From the NCBI RefSeq assembly GCF_009914755.1, contig NC_060926.1: a stretch of 64,000 nucleotides of DNA. One strand, 5' to 3'. The position numbers were made by a program, and so were the translations under genes. A model generated the notes under the pieces. It ran no database searches. It was not told the DNA's origin and worked only from the letters and a program-made list of their open reading frames with translations. Source of the stretch: the human T2T-CHM13v2.0 reference genome, Homo sapiens. Positions 11,434 through 29,575 of the stretch are shown here, in pieces. Position 1 is the first letter of the stretch; every line of letters starts with the position of its first letter.

Positions 11434-11515
11434 GGCTGGGCCCGGTAGCTCACGCCTCTGATCCCAACACTTCGGAAGTTTGAGCCAGGAGGACTGCTTG
11501 AGGCCAGGAGTTTGA
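11434..11515 (+). mobile_element. Tailless, 3'-truncated Alu with direct repeats
   Basis: Alu 5' 82 nt flanked by GAGTTGTCAGTTTT at 11420-11433 and 11516-11529. Confidence 0.85.
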
Positions 11516-11769
11516 GAGTTGTCAGTTTTGATATGAATATTTAAAATTGCCATTCCGAAAAGAAAACCTTTAGCCCAGGCTCCAATTATAATGACCAAGT
11601 ATTAAATATTTATGTATGTGGCTATAACAACATACTTTACTAGTCTTGACCAAAATGTACAGTGTGTTACAAAACACATTGAGATATGTATGCTGTCAGA
11701 ATAGACTGATGATTAGAAATTGCCTAGTCAACACAACAGTCCGTGATTCTTTAAAAGGAGAAAGGGGCT

Positions 11770-12056
<287 letters not shown>

Positions 12057-13197
12057 GAGCTAAAAAAAGGTGTCTTTCTGATCACCTAAGACTCAGAATT
12101 CTAACTGCACTTAATACCATACATCTTAGCCCATATCTTAGCTCTATTTATTTCACATGTTAGTTTGCATTCTAGAATGACAATATAAGCTACTGGAACC
12201 AAGAATCAAGATTTCATCTTCTCCACAGCACACAGTAGCTATGCATAAATAACTTCTAATTCACTTTGAAATTGAAAATAATATGGCATTATCTACTTGA
12301 CCCTCACCAATATATATATATCCTCATTGTAGCATCATCTTAAAAAGAAAACAAGTCAGAAATCTAAATGTCCAAGAACACAGGAACGTTTATAGTTCAT
12401 CAATGACACAATATTATGCAACTATTAAAATGTATGAGAAGACTAACAGGAAAATTAAATGAGAAATCATAATCCAAAATCCCATGTGTTCCATGATTAC
12501 AAATTATCTATACGAACAGATGAAGACTAAAAGGAAATAGCAACAAAGATGACACAAATGCCTGGATGATTTAGGCTCGCTATGTGCCAGACATTGGGCA
12601 TACAAGTAGGTAAAATTGTGGCTTATGACTCAGCATTCCCATGAATGATGTTAAGGTATCAGTACACATACAGCCTTTGGTACTCCGTGGACGAAGTTTA
12701 TTTAAAAAAAAAAAAAAAAAAAAAAGCTTGCAGGCACTGATAGGTGTCACCTTTGTGCCTTAAATTATGGAACATTCCAAGTCTGGACTTTCTCTAAGGC
12801 TTTCCATTTATAAACAAAGACTGTTTTATCAGTCTTTGAAATGGGAGAACAAATAAAACTTGTTTTGGCTTCATAATATATCATTTCAACCTCAAGTTGA
12901 ATAGTAAAAAGTGAAGCTTTCCATAATATTGTTAACTGACCTGTGTTAAAACCAAAATGGGAAAATAAAATTGCCTAGAACACAAGTGGTCTGATTGTCC
13001 CATATAAGAACTACACGAATAGGCCAGTTCTAATACTGACCTTTAAATAGGGCAAAGTAAAGTTCATTTATGAATGTAAAAGAAATGCCTACCTTGAAGC
13101 ACCATTACCATATACAGAAAGGTAAGAACACTTCATAACTCAGAAGTGTAAATCACTCATTCTCTCTCACTTAAAACCTCTTAATATCCCCTGGTAG

Positions 13198-13376
13198 CAG
13201 TGGTTCTTAAAGTATGAGCCCCAGAACAATTTCTGAAATCAGCAGGAAAGTTGTTACAAATGCAAATTCTTAGACAGCTCCAGACCTACAGAATCAAAAA
13301 CTCTGGAGGTGTGGCCTAACAATGTCTTTGTCAAGCCCTCTAGGTCATTTTGATCCACTAAATTTGAAAGTCACTT
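13198..13376. mobile_element. MER5A-like hAT-Charlie MITE
   Basis: CAGTGGTTCTTAAA start; AAATGCAAATTCT, CCAGACCTAC.GAATCA.AAACTCTGG and AAGCCCTCTAGGT blocks. Confidence 0.75.
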
Positions 13377-13434
13377 CCCTATATATAGGAAAGCACCCTT
13401 TATGTCATATTTTTTTTCCCCTAATAAAACTATA

Positions 13435-13813
<379 letters not shown>

Positions 13814-14108
13814 TTAGATGACCTTTAGTTACTGGTATGTTTTCCAATATATCCATGTAAAGTGAATATAATATACCTAATACGTATAAATTGATGGAAA
13901 TCTTTTAGAAAGGCCAACACAGTCTCTAGATAAGGTAGGTTCTCTTAATTCACTTAAGCTTTATCATAAAAAATAACTATGCTTAAGAAATAGTGCTTCT
14001 TATGAGCAAATATAATTCAAATATTCCATGTCAAAAATGTTGCTAATGCTCAGCTACTTAATGAACTTTATTAATTCAGAAAAATTTTTTTTTACCTTTT
14101 TAAAACAG

Positions 14109-14144
14109 CCTGGAAGAGTTGTGACTCTTGTTGAAGATCCTGCG
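14109..14144 (+). CDS. CHAC2: CHAC2 exon 2 (36 nt)
   Basis: CAG|CCT GGA AGA...GCG|GTATGG encodes PGRVVTLVEDPA; phase 0-0. Confidence 0.95.
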
Positions 14145-14364
14145 GTATGGTATAAATATTCTTTTTTGTATAATTTTAATTTTATAAAATGTTGCGATGT
14201 TTCTGTTTCAATTTGATTAACAATCATCACAGACAATTTGAACTACCCTAAATTTAGAATTCTTCTCTGTATTTGTGGGTTTTTTTTGTGTTTGTGAAAA
14301 CTGAGGCCAATAAGAAAAGTTAGAATGCAGAGTGCAAGGTAGACAACAACGTACAGACAAATAG

Positions 14365-14763
<399 letters not shown>

Positions 14764-14904
14764 CTACCACCGAGAATTAAATGGAACCCTTAAAAGCTCT
14801 CTTCACTTTTGCTACCAGTCTCATTTTCAGCAGAAATCTAAGTGAGGAATTCTTATTTTCTTTATTGCTTAATTGTATCAATAGCACCTGTGTGTTGTGT
14901 TTTG

Positions 14905-15095
14905 TGTTTTTGTTTTTAAGTTCAGGAGTACATGTGCAGGATGTGCAAGTTTGTTACATAGGTAAACATGTGTCATGGGGGTTTGTTGTACAGATTATTT
15001 CATCACCCAGGTATTAACATTAAGCCTAGTATCAATTAGTTATTTTTCTAGATCCTCTCCCTCCTCCCACCCTCCACCCTCCCGTAGACCCCAGT
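14905..15095 (-). mobile_element. L1PA 3'-end fragment
   Basis: GTACATGTGCAGGATGTGCAAGTTTGTTACATAGGTAAAC...CCTCTCCCTCCTCCCACCCTCCACCC. Confidence 0.85.
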
Positions 15096-15627
15096 AGAAC
15101 CTGTGATTTTAAAACTGGTTTGGAGCACCAGAAAGTTTTATTTAACCAACAATCCTCAGTTTCTTAAATATTTTCAGTCATTTTATTGGGGTACAGATTC
15201 AGAATTTTATATTGTGAAATTAAATGTTTAACTTTGGAAAGGACTTTAATAAACAAAAATCAAGCAGTTAGTAATGGCAGATAAATAATGGTGTGGATTA
15301 GGAAATGCTTTCATAATTGATACTACGAAAAGCATTTATAAAAAAGATCTTCAAATTGGTAACTTATAACTCCTAATTAAACAGTTAATAAACAAATGGC
15401 ACTTTGTTTCTAGAATTTTTTAATGACCAAGTGAAAGGCTCATATTTTTCATTTCAGTCCCGTTATTAAAGAAAAAGACCAAATTAAAAAAAAATTTTTT
15501 TAAGATAAAATATCTTGCTGTGCCTATGATACAAAGAAATTATTCACAATGGAGATTTTAAAGTGCTTATTTCCTTTATTGTTTAGTATGTTCTTCTGTG
15601 CACTTTAAGTGAAGAAAAACTGTATTG

Positions 15628-16245
<618 letters not shown>

Positions 16246-16343
16246 AGAAAAGAATATATGAGATACTCCCTTAGATCACAACCTTTCTTCACCTATTTTA
16301 ATTAGCCTTATAATACCAGTGTATTCTTTTCATTTTTCAACAG

Positions 16344-16727
16344 GGATGTGTATGGGGTGTTGCTTACAGATTGCCAGTAGGAAAGGAAGAAGAAGTAAAA
16401 GCATACCTTGACTTCAGAGAAAAAGGAGGCTACAGAACCACAACAGTCATTTTTTATCCAAAAGATCCCACAACAAAACCATTCAGTGTATTGCTATATA
16501 TTGGAACATGTGATAATCCTGATTATCTTGGTCCTGCACCTCTGGAAGACATTGCTGAACAAATTTTTAATGCAGCTGGTCCAAGTGGAAGAAATACAGA
16601 ATATCTTTTTGAACTTGCAAATTCTATTAGGAACCTTGTGCCAGAAGAAGCAGATGAGCATCTTTTCGCTTTGGAAAAATTAGTAAAGGAACGTTTAGAA
16701 GGGAAACAGAACCTCAATTGCATATAA
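16344..16727 (+). CDS. CHAC2: CHAC2 exon 3 (terminal coding exon)
   Basis: CAG|GGA TGT GTA TGG...[10 protein letters not shown]...[10 protein letters not shown]...NLNCI*. The three exons give 45+12+127 = 184 aa. Confidence 0.97.
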   Translation, partial: GCVWGVAYRLPVGKEEEVKAYLDFREKGGYRTTTVIFYPKDPTTKPFSVLLYIGTCDNPDYLGPAPLEDIAEQIFNAAGPSGRNTEYLFELANSIRNLVPEEADEHLFALEKLVKERLEGKQNLNCI

Positions 16728-17079
16728 TTTAGTCTTCAGAGAATTAACTTCAGTGCACAATGACAATATGATTTGGAAATACGTTTACTTAAAGATCTTA
16801 TTTTTAATGTAGTGAGGATATTATTTAAACTTTTATTTTAACTGGAAATGTCCTGAAACACATATTTAAAATATTGGGATACAGTGAAAGAAAAATTCAA
16901 ATTTTAATAACATAAAGATTTCCTAACTTTATGTTATTGAACACTTACTCACTAGAAGTGAGTTCTTTAGAAAAATACAGTGAAGGACTCAGTTCAGTCT
17001 TGTTTTTATCAGAGTGATAATCATCCTGTTTCACATCCCAATACTATTTTGAAATTCTAAACAATTAAACCAAAATTCC

Positions 17080-17331
17080 AATAAATATAAGGTTATGCCT
17101 TCAATATATTCCTATACAATTCTGTAACAATGGTTTAAAATACACAAGCTTAAAATAACATGCTTAGAAATACACAATAATATGAACAGTATTTCAGCCT
17201 TAATTGTGAATTTCCTTGTTATTCAAGTATTAAATGAAATCTTTTGAGTTTTTAGCCAAAAATTGGCATTTTTAAAATACGAAAATTTCCTTGGAATTAT
17301 AATGTACTGTACCTCTTCTTTTTTAAATAAA
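17080..17331 (+). terminator. Candidate CHAC2 polyadenylation signals
   Basis: AATAAA at 17080-17085 and 17326-17331 in an AU-rich 3'UTR. Confidence 0.6.
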
Positions 17332-17677
17332 GGCATTTTACTATATGGAAAATAACTCACTAAAGCATAAATTACATTATACAAATCATGATCACTAATG
17401 ATGTAGTCTGTCATTCACTTTGTATTAATCTTATACCAAAACTGAAAAAGATGGGCTGATACTACAAATTAATGGCACATATAATGAAAATTTAGTTTTT
17501 AAAACAGCTTTTGGAATTCTTTGTCTGTCACTATCTCAATTTGTGTGTGTGTGTGTGTATATACATAAATATACATATAAAATTTTTTTTTTCTTTGCAG
17601 CCTGCGTCTGGCCATCCCACAGGCTGGAAAGTGTAACCTCTGGCAGAAGCCAAGAACAGGCACCTCCTGGAATTATA

Positions 17678-17977
17678 ATTTTGTTTTGTTTTTTGAGACG
17701 GAGTATCGCTCTGTTGCCTAGGCTGGAGTGCAGTGGTGCCAACCTCAGCTCACTGCAGCCTTCACCTCCCAGGTTCAAGGAATTCTCCTGCCTCAGCCTC
17801 CCGCGTAGCTGGGATTACAGGCATGTGCCACCACGCCCGGCTAATTTTTGTATTTTTAGTAGAGACGGGGTTTCACCATGTTGGCCAAGCTGGTCTCGAT
17901 CTCCTGACCTCAGGTGATCCACCAGCCTCAGCCTCCCAAAGTGCTAGGATTACAGGTGTGAGCCACCATGCCCGGCC
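17678..17977 (-). mobile_element. AluS
   Basis: Full antisense dimer; TSD-like TATAATTTT. Confidence 0.92.
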
Positions 17978-18728
17978 TATAATTTTTTATTTGTACAAAT
18001 TTATGGGCTACAAGTGCCATTTTGTTACCTGCATAGATTGTATTTTTTTAAGAAGTGGCATTACCTGATTATTTGTAGGTAACTTTTTTCTTTATTTTGT
18101 CACCTAAAGAAGAGTATCAATTGGGTGTATGCTGCTACTCAACTAGGAAACAAGTTATTAACTCACATAGAATTAACTTTGATTCAAACCATTCAGGTTA
18201 TTCCTGATTATAGGTTATTTCTTTCTCAAGAGGACATATAATCTCTCTAGAATCTTTCACCATAAGAACTTCAGTATAAAACTAAACACAATATACTTAC
18301 TAAAAGCTCCTTAAACTCAGGCATGACTAATAATTAGTACAGAAGTTTTTCACATAAAGCTGTCCTACATGTCCTTTTCATGTTTTCCTATTTATTAACA
18401 TCTTAGTAATTTACTCAGCTACATATCTACTTTAAATATCTTCCAACATTTTAAATATTAGTTTTCCAGACGGCATTTCACTTGTCCTGTAAAACAGAAA
18501 GGGTGATAAATTTATTAAATTTCTAATTTACCATCCCTGGTTCTTTCTTTCCAGGCAATTAGATGATAAATGTGCTTTAAAATTCTCTTCATCACATCAC
18601 GCTAAAAGTTACCTATCAAATGTTCCTGTTATGCCTATCTTTTTTCAGCAAAAATACTGACTGTATTGTCTATTAATTTATTCAGCTTTTGGCAATCTAT
18701 TTTTATGGATTTCTAAAACCTTGAATTT

Positions 18729-19035
18729 GGCCAGTGTAGTGGCTCACACCTGTCATCATAGTACTCTGGAGTGCTGTGATGGGATGCTGTGAAGGGAGGA
18801 TCACTTCAGGTTAGGAGCTAGAGACCAGCCAGAGCAACAGAGGAGCACCATCTCTATAAAAAATTTAAAAATTAGCCAGGTGTAGTGGCATGCACCTGTA
18901 GGCCCAGCTACTCAGGAAGCTGAGGCAGAACTATTGCCTGAACCCAGGAGTTCGAGGCTGCAGTGAGCCATGATCACACCACTGCACTCCAGGCTGGGCA
19001 ACAGAGCAAGACCCTGTCTCAAAAAACTAAAATAA
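18729..19035 (+). mobile_element. AluJ
   Basis: Diverged dimer; TSD TAAAACCTTGAATT. Confidence 0.88.
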
Positions 19036-20005
19036 AACCTTGAATTCACTCTAAGCATATATTACAGACTCAAAGATTTTGTAATCCTGTGGCTACTATG
19101 TTGAAGAATTTTAACTCTTCCAAAGACAATTAAAATACCAAAATTTTTCTTCTGTATGTCAAATTTATATGATGAAAATTAGCTTTATTGGATTTCAGGG
19201 ACTTTTCATTCCTATGGTTCATTTTACCTTTCTAAAATACTATATTTCAGTTTCATTTTCTTGGTTGTTTTACTTAATTGTACTGAGCCTCCTTCTCTTT
19301 ATAAATGGTTCGCCCACACATGTACACACACTGTAACTGGAAAAACCACCACTAATCCTACAGTTTCTTGTGTTCTTCCAGCTTTCTTATTCTTCACAGA
19401 AATTTTTTAACTACACAGTGCTTCACTTCCTTATCAACTCGTCTTAATCCCTTTCCAATTCAACTTTACTCTGCCATACCACCCAATCATTATAGTATCA
19501 AGTCTCCAATGACCACTTCCTCACTGAACCCAAAGATTGCAATTTTCATGCTTCTCTGGTGCATCAGACACTAGTGATCAAGCATCCCATGTCACTAAAG
19601 CCAAAGACAAAAACATTTCATTGTGTTTCCAGTTACAACTCTTACACTATTCTTTATCAAATACACAAACTCATCAAATCCTAGGCTTCAATTTTACTTG
19701 GATAGCTTCCAATCTCCAGCCTACTCTCTCAACCTCTTCATATGTCTGTTACATGAAGGCATCTCCAGTTGTGCTACACAAGCATGGAAACTTATTGTAC
19801 TAAAACCAGTACTCATCTCCTTTCCCAACCAGAAAATCTGGTCCCACATTACCTCCCTGTACATAATACACATTAAACGTTGAACAATACTTAGTCCAGG
19901 AGAAAAATAAACAGGTTTATGATACTCATATCAATTTATAAGCTTTTGGAGGAAATAGATGGTATTTTCACAATATACACAAAATGTGTTTGTGCCTTTT
20001 TATTA

Positions 20006-22117
<2,112 letters not shown>

Positions 22118-22699
22118 AAGTCAAAATGAAGTTACCAAGGAAGCCCTGAAGGCTTTTTGTGATAAGGCTTAAAAGATTACATGATAGTAAAAGGTTACAT
22201 GCTGAAAGATTCTCAACTAAAGAGCCTTATCATACCTCAAGAGCCAGAGTTTCTTACATATTCTTCTTGTTTCCAATCTCTTTTCCTCTTTCCAATACAC
22301 GCTCTACTGTGCACTCAGAATTACTTACCTAAAATATGAAACTGAGGTCAGTAATCAAAATGTCTTCCTGCTGCATATAAAATAAATTCAAATCCTTTAA
22401 TCTGGCATTCAACTACTTACCATCTGGTCAATCTGGTATCAGTGTATTTGTCAAATTTCACTTCCCACTGACGTACTCCCCTGCCCCTCATGCTCCAATC
22501 ACACCACCCTCCTCATTCTTTAAGACCTAGCTCAAATGAGCGAACTAATGTTATGTGGCAAGCAATGACTATGCACTGAGACCACCAAAATAAATAAGAT
22601 AGTCCCCGGCTATCAAGAATCATATTTGGTGGAGAAACACACAAGCAAACAAATCTATGTTATTTAATATAAAAGATGTGATATAAAATACAAGCAGAG

Positions 22700-25273
<2,574 letters not shown>

Positions 25274-25299
25274 CAAGAATTTTTTTTTTTGAAGTAAAA

Positions 25300-26400
25300 G
25301 CACAACAGACAGAAAGGATGAAAATAAACAACTGACCTGAAAGAAGCAGAGCTATTTCCGGGAATGGGACATAAATATTTAAAAGTTATAAGTGTTATCC
25401 TCAAAGAAATTCATGTCATGAGAACAATGCATCCATTAAAAATAACTAGATGACTAGAAACTGTGGGGAAAAAACCACTGAAAAAAGAAAGTGAAAAGAA
25501 CTGAAAATCAAGGAAATGGACCTCTTGGATTGATCCTTCGTATTATGTATTTTTTCTTTTTATATTTTTCCTCTGTATTTGGAAGAATCTATCTAAATGT
25601 ATTTGGAAGAACCTATCTAAATTCTGAATAGAACAGAGAAAATGTCAAGAACATAATTAAAGAAATAATTGAAGAAAATTTCCCAGAAGTGAAAAATAGG
25701 ATTCATAGAGTGCCAAGAAGGATGAATGAAAAAAGATTCACCACCTAGAAACACTGATAAAATATCACAGAACCAATGATAAAGAAAACAGTCTAATAAA
25801 ATCTTCCAGAGAAAAAAGTATGATACCTGCAAAAGAAAGAGACTGGCATTAGACTTGTCATCAGATACACTAGACACAAAAAGCAAGAGAATGTCTTCAG
25901 AGTTTTGAAGAAAACAAAATGATTGTGGACTAAGTCTATTACCAAGCTATCATTAAATGAGCAGGCAAGGTAAAGGCATTTTCAGACATATGAAGTCTGT
26001 GGAAATTAAATTACCTGTTTAATCCTTCCTGAAAAAAATTGCTTGAAATTAGTTATACCCCTACAAGGTGGGAAAAAAATCTATGACAAATGAGGACATG
26101 GAATACATAAAGCAGTAGACCTAACCCAGGCATGATACAAAAAAATCTCAGTAAACAGGTATGCAACTGACTTGTAAAGCAACTAGTCTAAATTACATGT
26201 GTGAGAGCTGGAAATACAGCTTCAGGAGCAAAATGAGTTTATTTTAGCAAACATGGTGCCATTATTAGGAAGCTAATAGGATACCTTAATTGGCAGAGGT
26301 AGAATTACATTTTTTCTCTGCAGATGCAATCATACTTAATAGTTTTATAGCGAATGATGATTGTATAATTACAATATGGTAAATAGTTGATAAGTTTTCA
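25300..26400 (+). mobile_element. Ancient L1M/HAL1 ORF1-like relic
   Basis: A-rich degenerate ORF1-type blocks such as AAAGAAATAATTGAAGAAAATTTCCCAGAA and GGCATTTTCAGACATA. Confidence 0.6.
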
Positions 26401-26437
26401 ATGTTTAAGAATCAACCTATAAATAAAGCATAAAAGA

Positions 26438-26612
26438 CTTGTATTGATTGATGTCCTGTGGCTCCTTAAAATGTGTAAAACCCAAGTGTAGCCCGACCAC
26501 TTTGGGCACATGCTGTCAGGACCTCCTGAGGCTGTCTGTGACACGTCCTTAACCTTGGCAAAATAAACTTCTAAACTGGTTGAGACTTGTCTCAACTACT
26601 TTTTGGTTTTCA
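26438..26612 (+). mobile_element. MER4-family LTR 3' fragment
   Basis: GACCACTTTGGGCACATG.TGTCAGGACCTCCTGAGGCTGT...CCTTAACCTTGGCAAAATAAACTT...TTGAGACTTGTCTCA. Confidence 0.8.
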
Positions 26613-26615
26613 TCC

Positions 26616-27081
26616 TCTATTACCTTCCTGAGGCTGCTGTAACAAATGACCACAAACTGAGCAGCTTAGACAGCATAAATTGATTGTCTCACAATTCTAG
26701 AAACTAGAGGTCAGAAATCAAGATGTCAGCAGGGCTATTCTCTCTCTCTGAAAGCTCTAAAGAAGGATTCTTCCTTGCCTCTTCCTAGCTTGTGGTGATT
26801 ACTGGCAATCTTTAGCATTCCTTGTCTTATAGACACATACTGCAATCTTGCTGCCTCCTCCTTCCTGGCATGGCATTCTCCCTGTGTGTCCATGTGTATC
26901 CAAATTTCCCTCTTCTTATAAAGATACCAGTCACCAGATTAGGGCCCCCTTTGATTCAGTATGACCTCATCCTTACTTGAATTATATTTGCAAAGACCCT
27001 ATCCCAAGTAGTTCACACTCACAGGTTCTAGGGGATAGGACTTAAACATGTCTTTTTGGGGAACACAATTCAACCCACAAC
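26616..27081 (-). mobile_element. MLT1 (MaLR) LTR
   Basis: GGCTGCTGTAACAAATGACCACAAACT...CAAATTTCCCTCTTCTTATAA...ACACAATTCAACCCACAACA. Confidence 0.85.
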
Positions 27082-27750
27082 ACCCCCTACAATCAATTTT
27101 CCACACAGCAGCCACAATGATCTTCACAAATGTACATCGGGTCCTGTCCACTCTCCTGCCTACAGAGCTGTCTCCCTGGCCTCTTTCTGCTTCTCAAACT
27201 TCTTCTACCACTTTCCTCTTACACTCCAGCCACACTGGCCTTCTTTCTATCACTCCAACACATCAAGCTCATTCCTGCCTCAGGGCCTCTGCCTAGAAAT
27301 TTGTCTGGCTCCCTTCTTTTCATCATTCAAGTCACAATTCAAATGTCACTTCCTCACAGAAGTCTCCTCTGACTTACGTACTAAAAGCAACACATCCTAC
27401 AGGTATTGTCTTTCACATAACCTTAGTTTCTTTGCAGCACTTACCAATACTAGAAATTATTTTACTTATTTAAGTTCCCCTCTTACTTGAACATCAGCTC
27501 TATTGAACACAGATTCAATCACTATAGCCCTAAATGCTAAAACAGGACCTCACAGACAGTTTTCATTTTTATTCCGTCAAATACATCTCTTTTCCTTCAT
27601 GACTTAAGACTAGTGCTTAGCACAGAATAAATGCTAAAAAAAAAAAAAAATTGACTATTACTACTATAATAGTTTGCAATTATTTGTTTGTACAATCTCC
27701 CTGCCTAGACTGTGTGACCAAAGACAGAAACCCATTTATTTGGCATTTTA

Positions 27751-28143
<393 letters not shown>

Positions 28144-29019
28144 TTATCTTCTTTGATACTATGGATTCCTGATGTTAAAAAAAAATTTTTAAGATAGAAT
28201 ATGGGACTGTCCTTCCTGCTTTTTGATTTGGTTCAAATCTGAGGAAGTGGGGGCGACCAGTCTTTAACAGATCTAGCAAGACTGTCGAGCTTTAGGGAAT
28301 GGTAATTTCTCTAAAGCCAACACTCTATGTCCATTATATTGGAGATCAAAACAGACAATGGCATTTTTTCTAAAGAGGGGGAGGGAAAAACAAAACTTTT
28401 TGTCTAATTTGGGGATGCAGTCAGACGTGACTTAGTTCATAAACACACACATTCATCTGGCGCTAAACCTCACATAAGGAACCTTACCAGCTTCCTTGAT
28501 AAAACAACACCCCAACACTTCAATCTAGAGATGGAGGGTAAAAATGTAGGGTTGTGATGTCTAGCTGCCCATTCCACGAGAGTCGCCCACCACGCCAAAT
28601 TCGGAGGCTCGCGGTATTCACCTACGGGGAGATGGCGGGCTACCTCACCCCAGGTTTCCCCTAACACAGAGTTGCAGTCGCTGAACAAACTGCCCTGCGT
28701 TAGTCAGAAGCTGTTAAGTAACGAGATGGCCACGGTCCACAGCAGAAGAGATGGAGATAAGCCTCAAGCGGGAAAAATGAAGTGTACAAATGCCAAATGC
28801 GGAGAAAAAGAAGAAAAGCTGCAAGAAGGCAGGTCAGTCAGGAACACCGCCATTTCTCACATCTCATCGCTACTTCGAATTTTCTCATCTAAGGACCCGC
28901 ACCCGCACGGTTCACACTGTCTTCTTCCCGCTATCACTCCGTGTGGGTCAAACCTCTGCCTGCCCACTGGAGAGCAGCGGGAATGGCTTCAGGAAGCGGC
29001 TGCCGCCTCCGAGACTCAC

Positions 29020-29160
29020 CGACCTGCCGTGCTGCCACTTCTACACCGAAATGGCTGGTCCGAGGCCGCGTCTCCAGAGCTGCGTCCCAGAAGCCCCCGC
29101 TTTCGATCCCCACCGCGATGCTGCAGCCGTCCGAAAACGAGAGACGCGCAGGCGACGTCC
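29020..29160 (-). other. ASB3: ASB3 non-coding exon 1 (TSS approximate)
   Basis: Minus-strand donors CAG|GTCGGT (exon end 29024) and TCG|GTGAGT (exon end 29020) inside the CpG island; the sequence agrees with my recollection of the ASB3 5'UTR. Confidence 0.75.
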
Positions 29161-29322
29161 CGGCCCCCGTAGGCGGACGGCTCCGCGACCCCCGGATGTT
29201 GATATGTCGTCTGCCCCGGAAACGGTGACAGGAGGCTCAAGGGGGCGGAGGCGGCGTTGCCGGGCTCTCCGGAAGGAGACGTGGCGGCGGTTGGGCCGGT
29301 GATACCCGGGCGCTTTATAGTC

Positions 29323-29366
29323 CCGCCGCCTCCTCCTCCACCTCCTCCTCCTCCTCCTCTCCTCCT
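29323..29366 (+). repeat. (CCG)(CCT)n trinucleotide tract in the ERLEC1 5'UTR
   Basis: CCGCCGCCTCCTCCTCCACCTCCTCCTCCTCCTCCTCTCCTCCT. Confidence 0.9.
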
Positions 29367-29413
29367 GGAGCAGAGGAGGTTGTGGCGGTGGCTGGAGAAA
29401 GCGGCGGCGGAGG

Positions 29414-29575
29414 ATGGAGGAAGGAGGCGGCGGCGTACGGAGTCTGGTCCCGGGCGGGCCGGTGTTACTGGTCCTCTGCGGCCTCCTGGAGGCGTCCGGC
29501 GGCGGCCGAGCCCTTCCTCAACTCAGCGATGACATCCCTTTCCGAGTCAACTGGCCCGGCACCGAGTTCTCTCTG
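29414..29575 (+). CDS. ERLEC1: ER lectin 1 (XTP3-B/erlectin) exon 1, signal peptide
   Basis: [54 protein letters not shown]; strong Kozak AGGATGG; donor CTG|GTCAGT. Confidence 0.96.

Noticed and set aside
12610-12700. Possible snoRNA/scaRNA (ATGATG on plus; terminal ACAATT on minus)
   Set aside because: I could not find a complete C/D box pair or a two-hairpin H/ACA fold by eye; an Rfam/Infernal search would be needed.
28672-29302. Overlapping 166-aa and 170-aa plus-strand ORFs
   Set aside because: Stop-poor GC-rich CpG island with R/P/A-biased products and no domain; mostly upstream of the likely ERLEC1 TSS.
29257-29532. Poly-proline ORF
   Set aside because: TTG start; it is simply a reading of the CCT repeat out of frame with ERLEC1.
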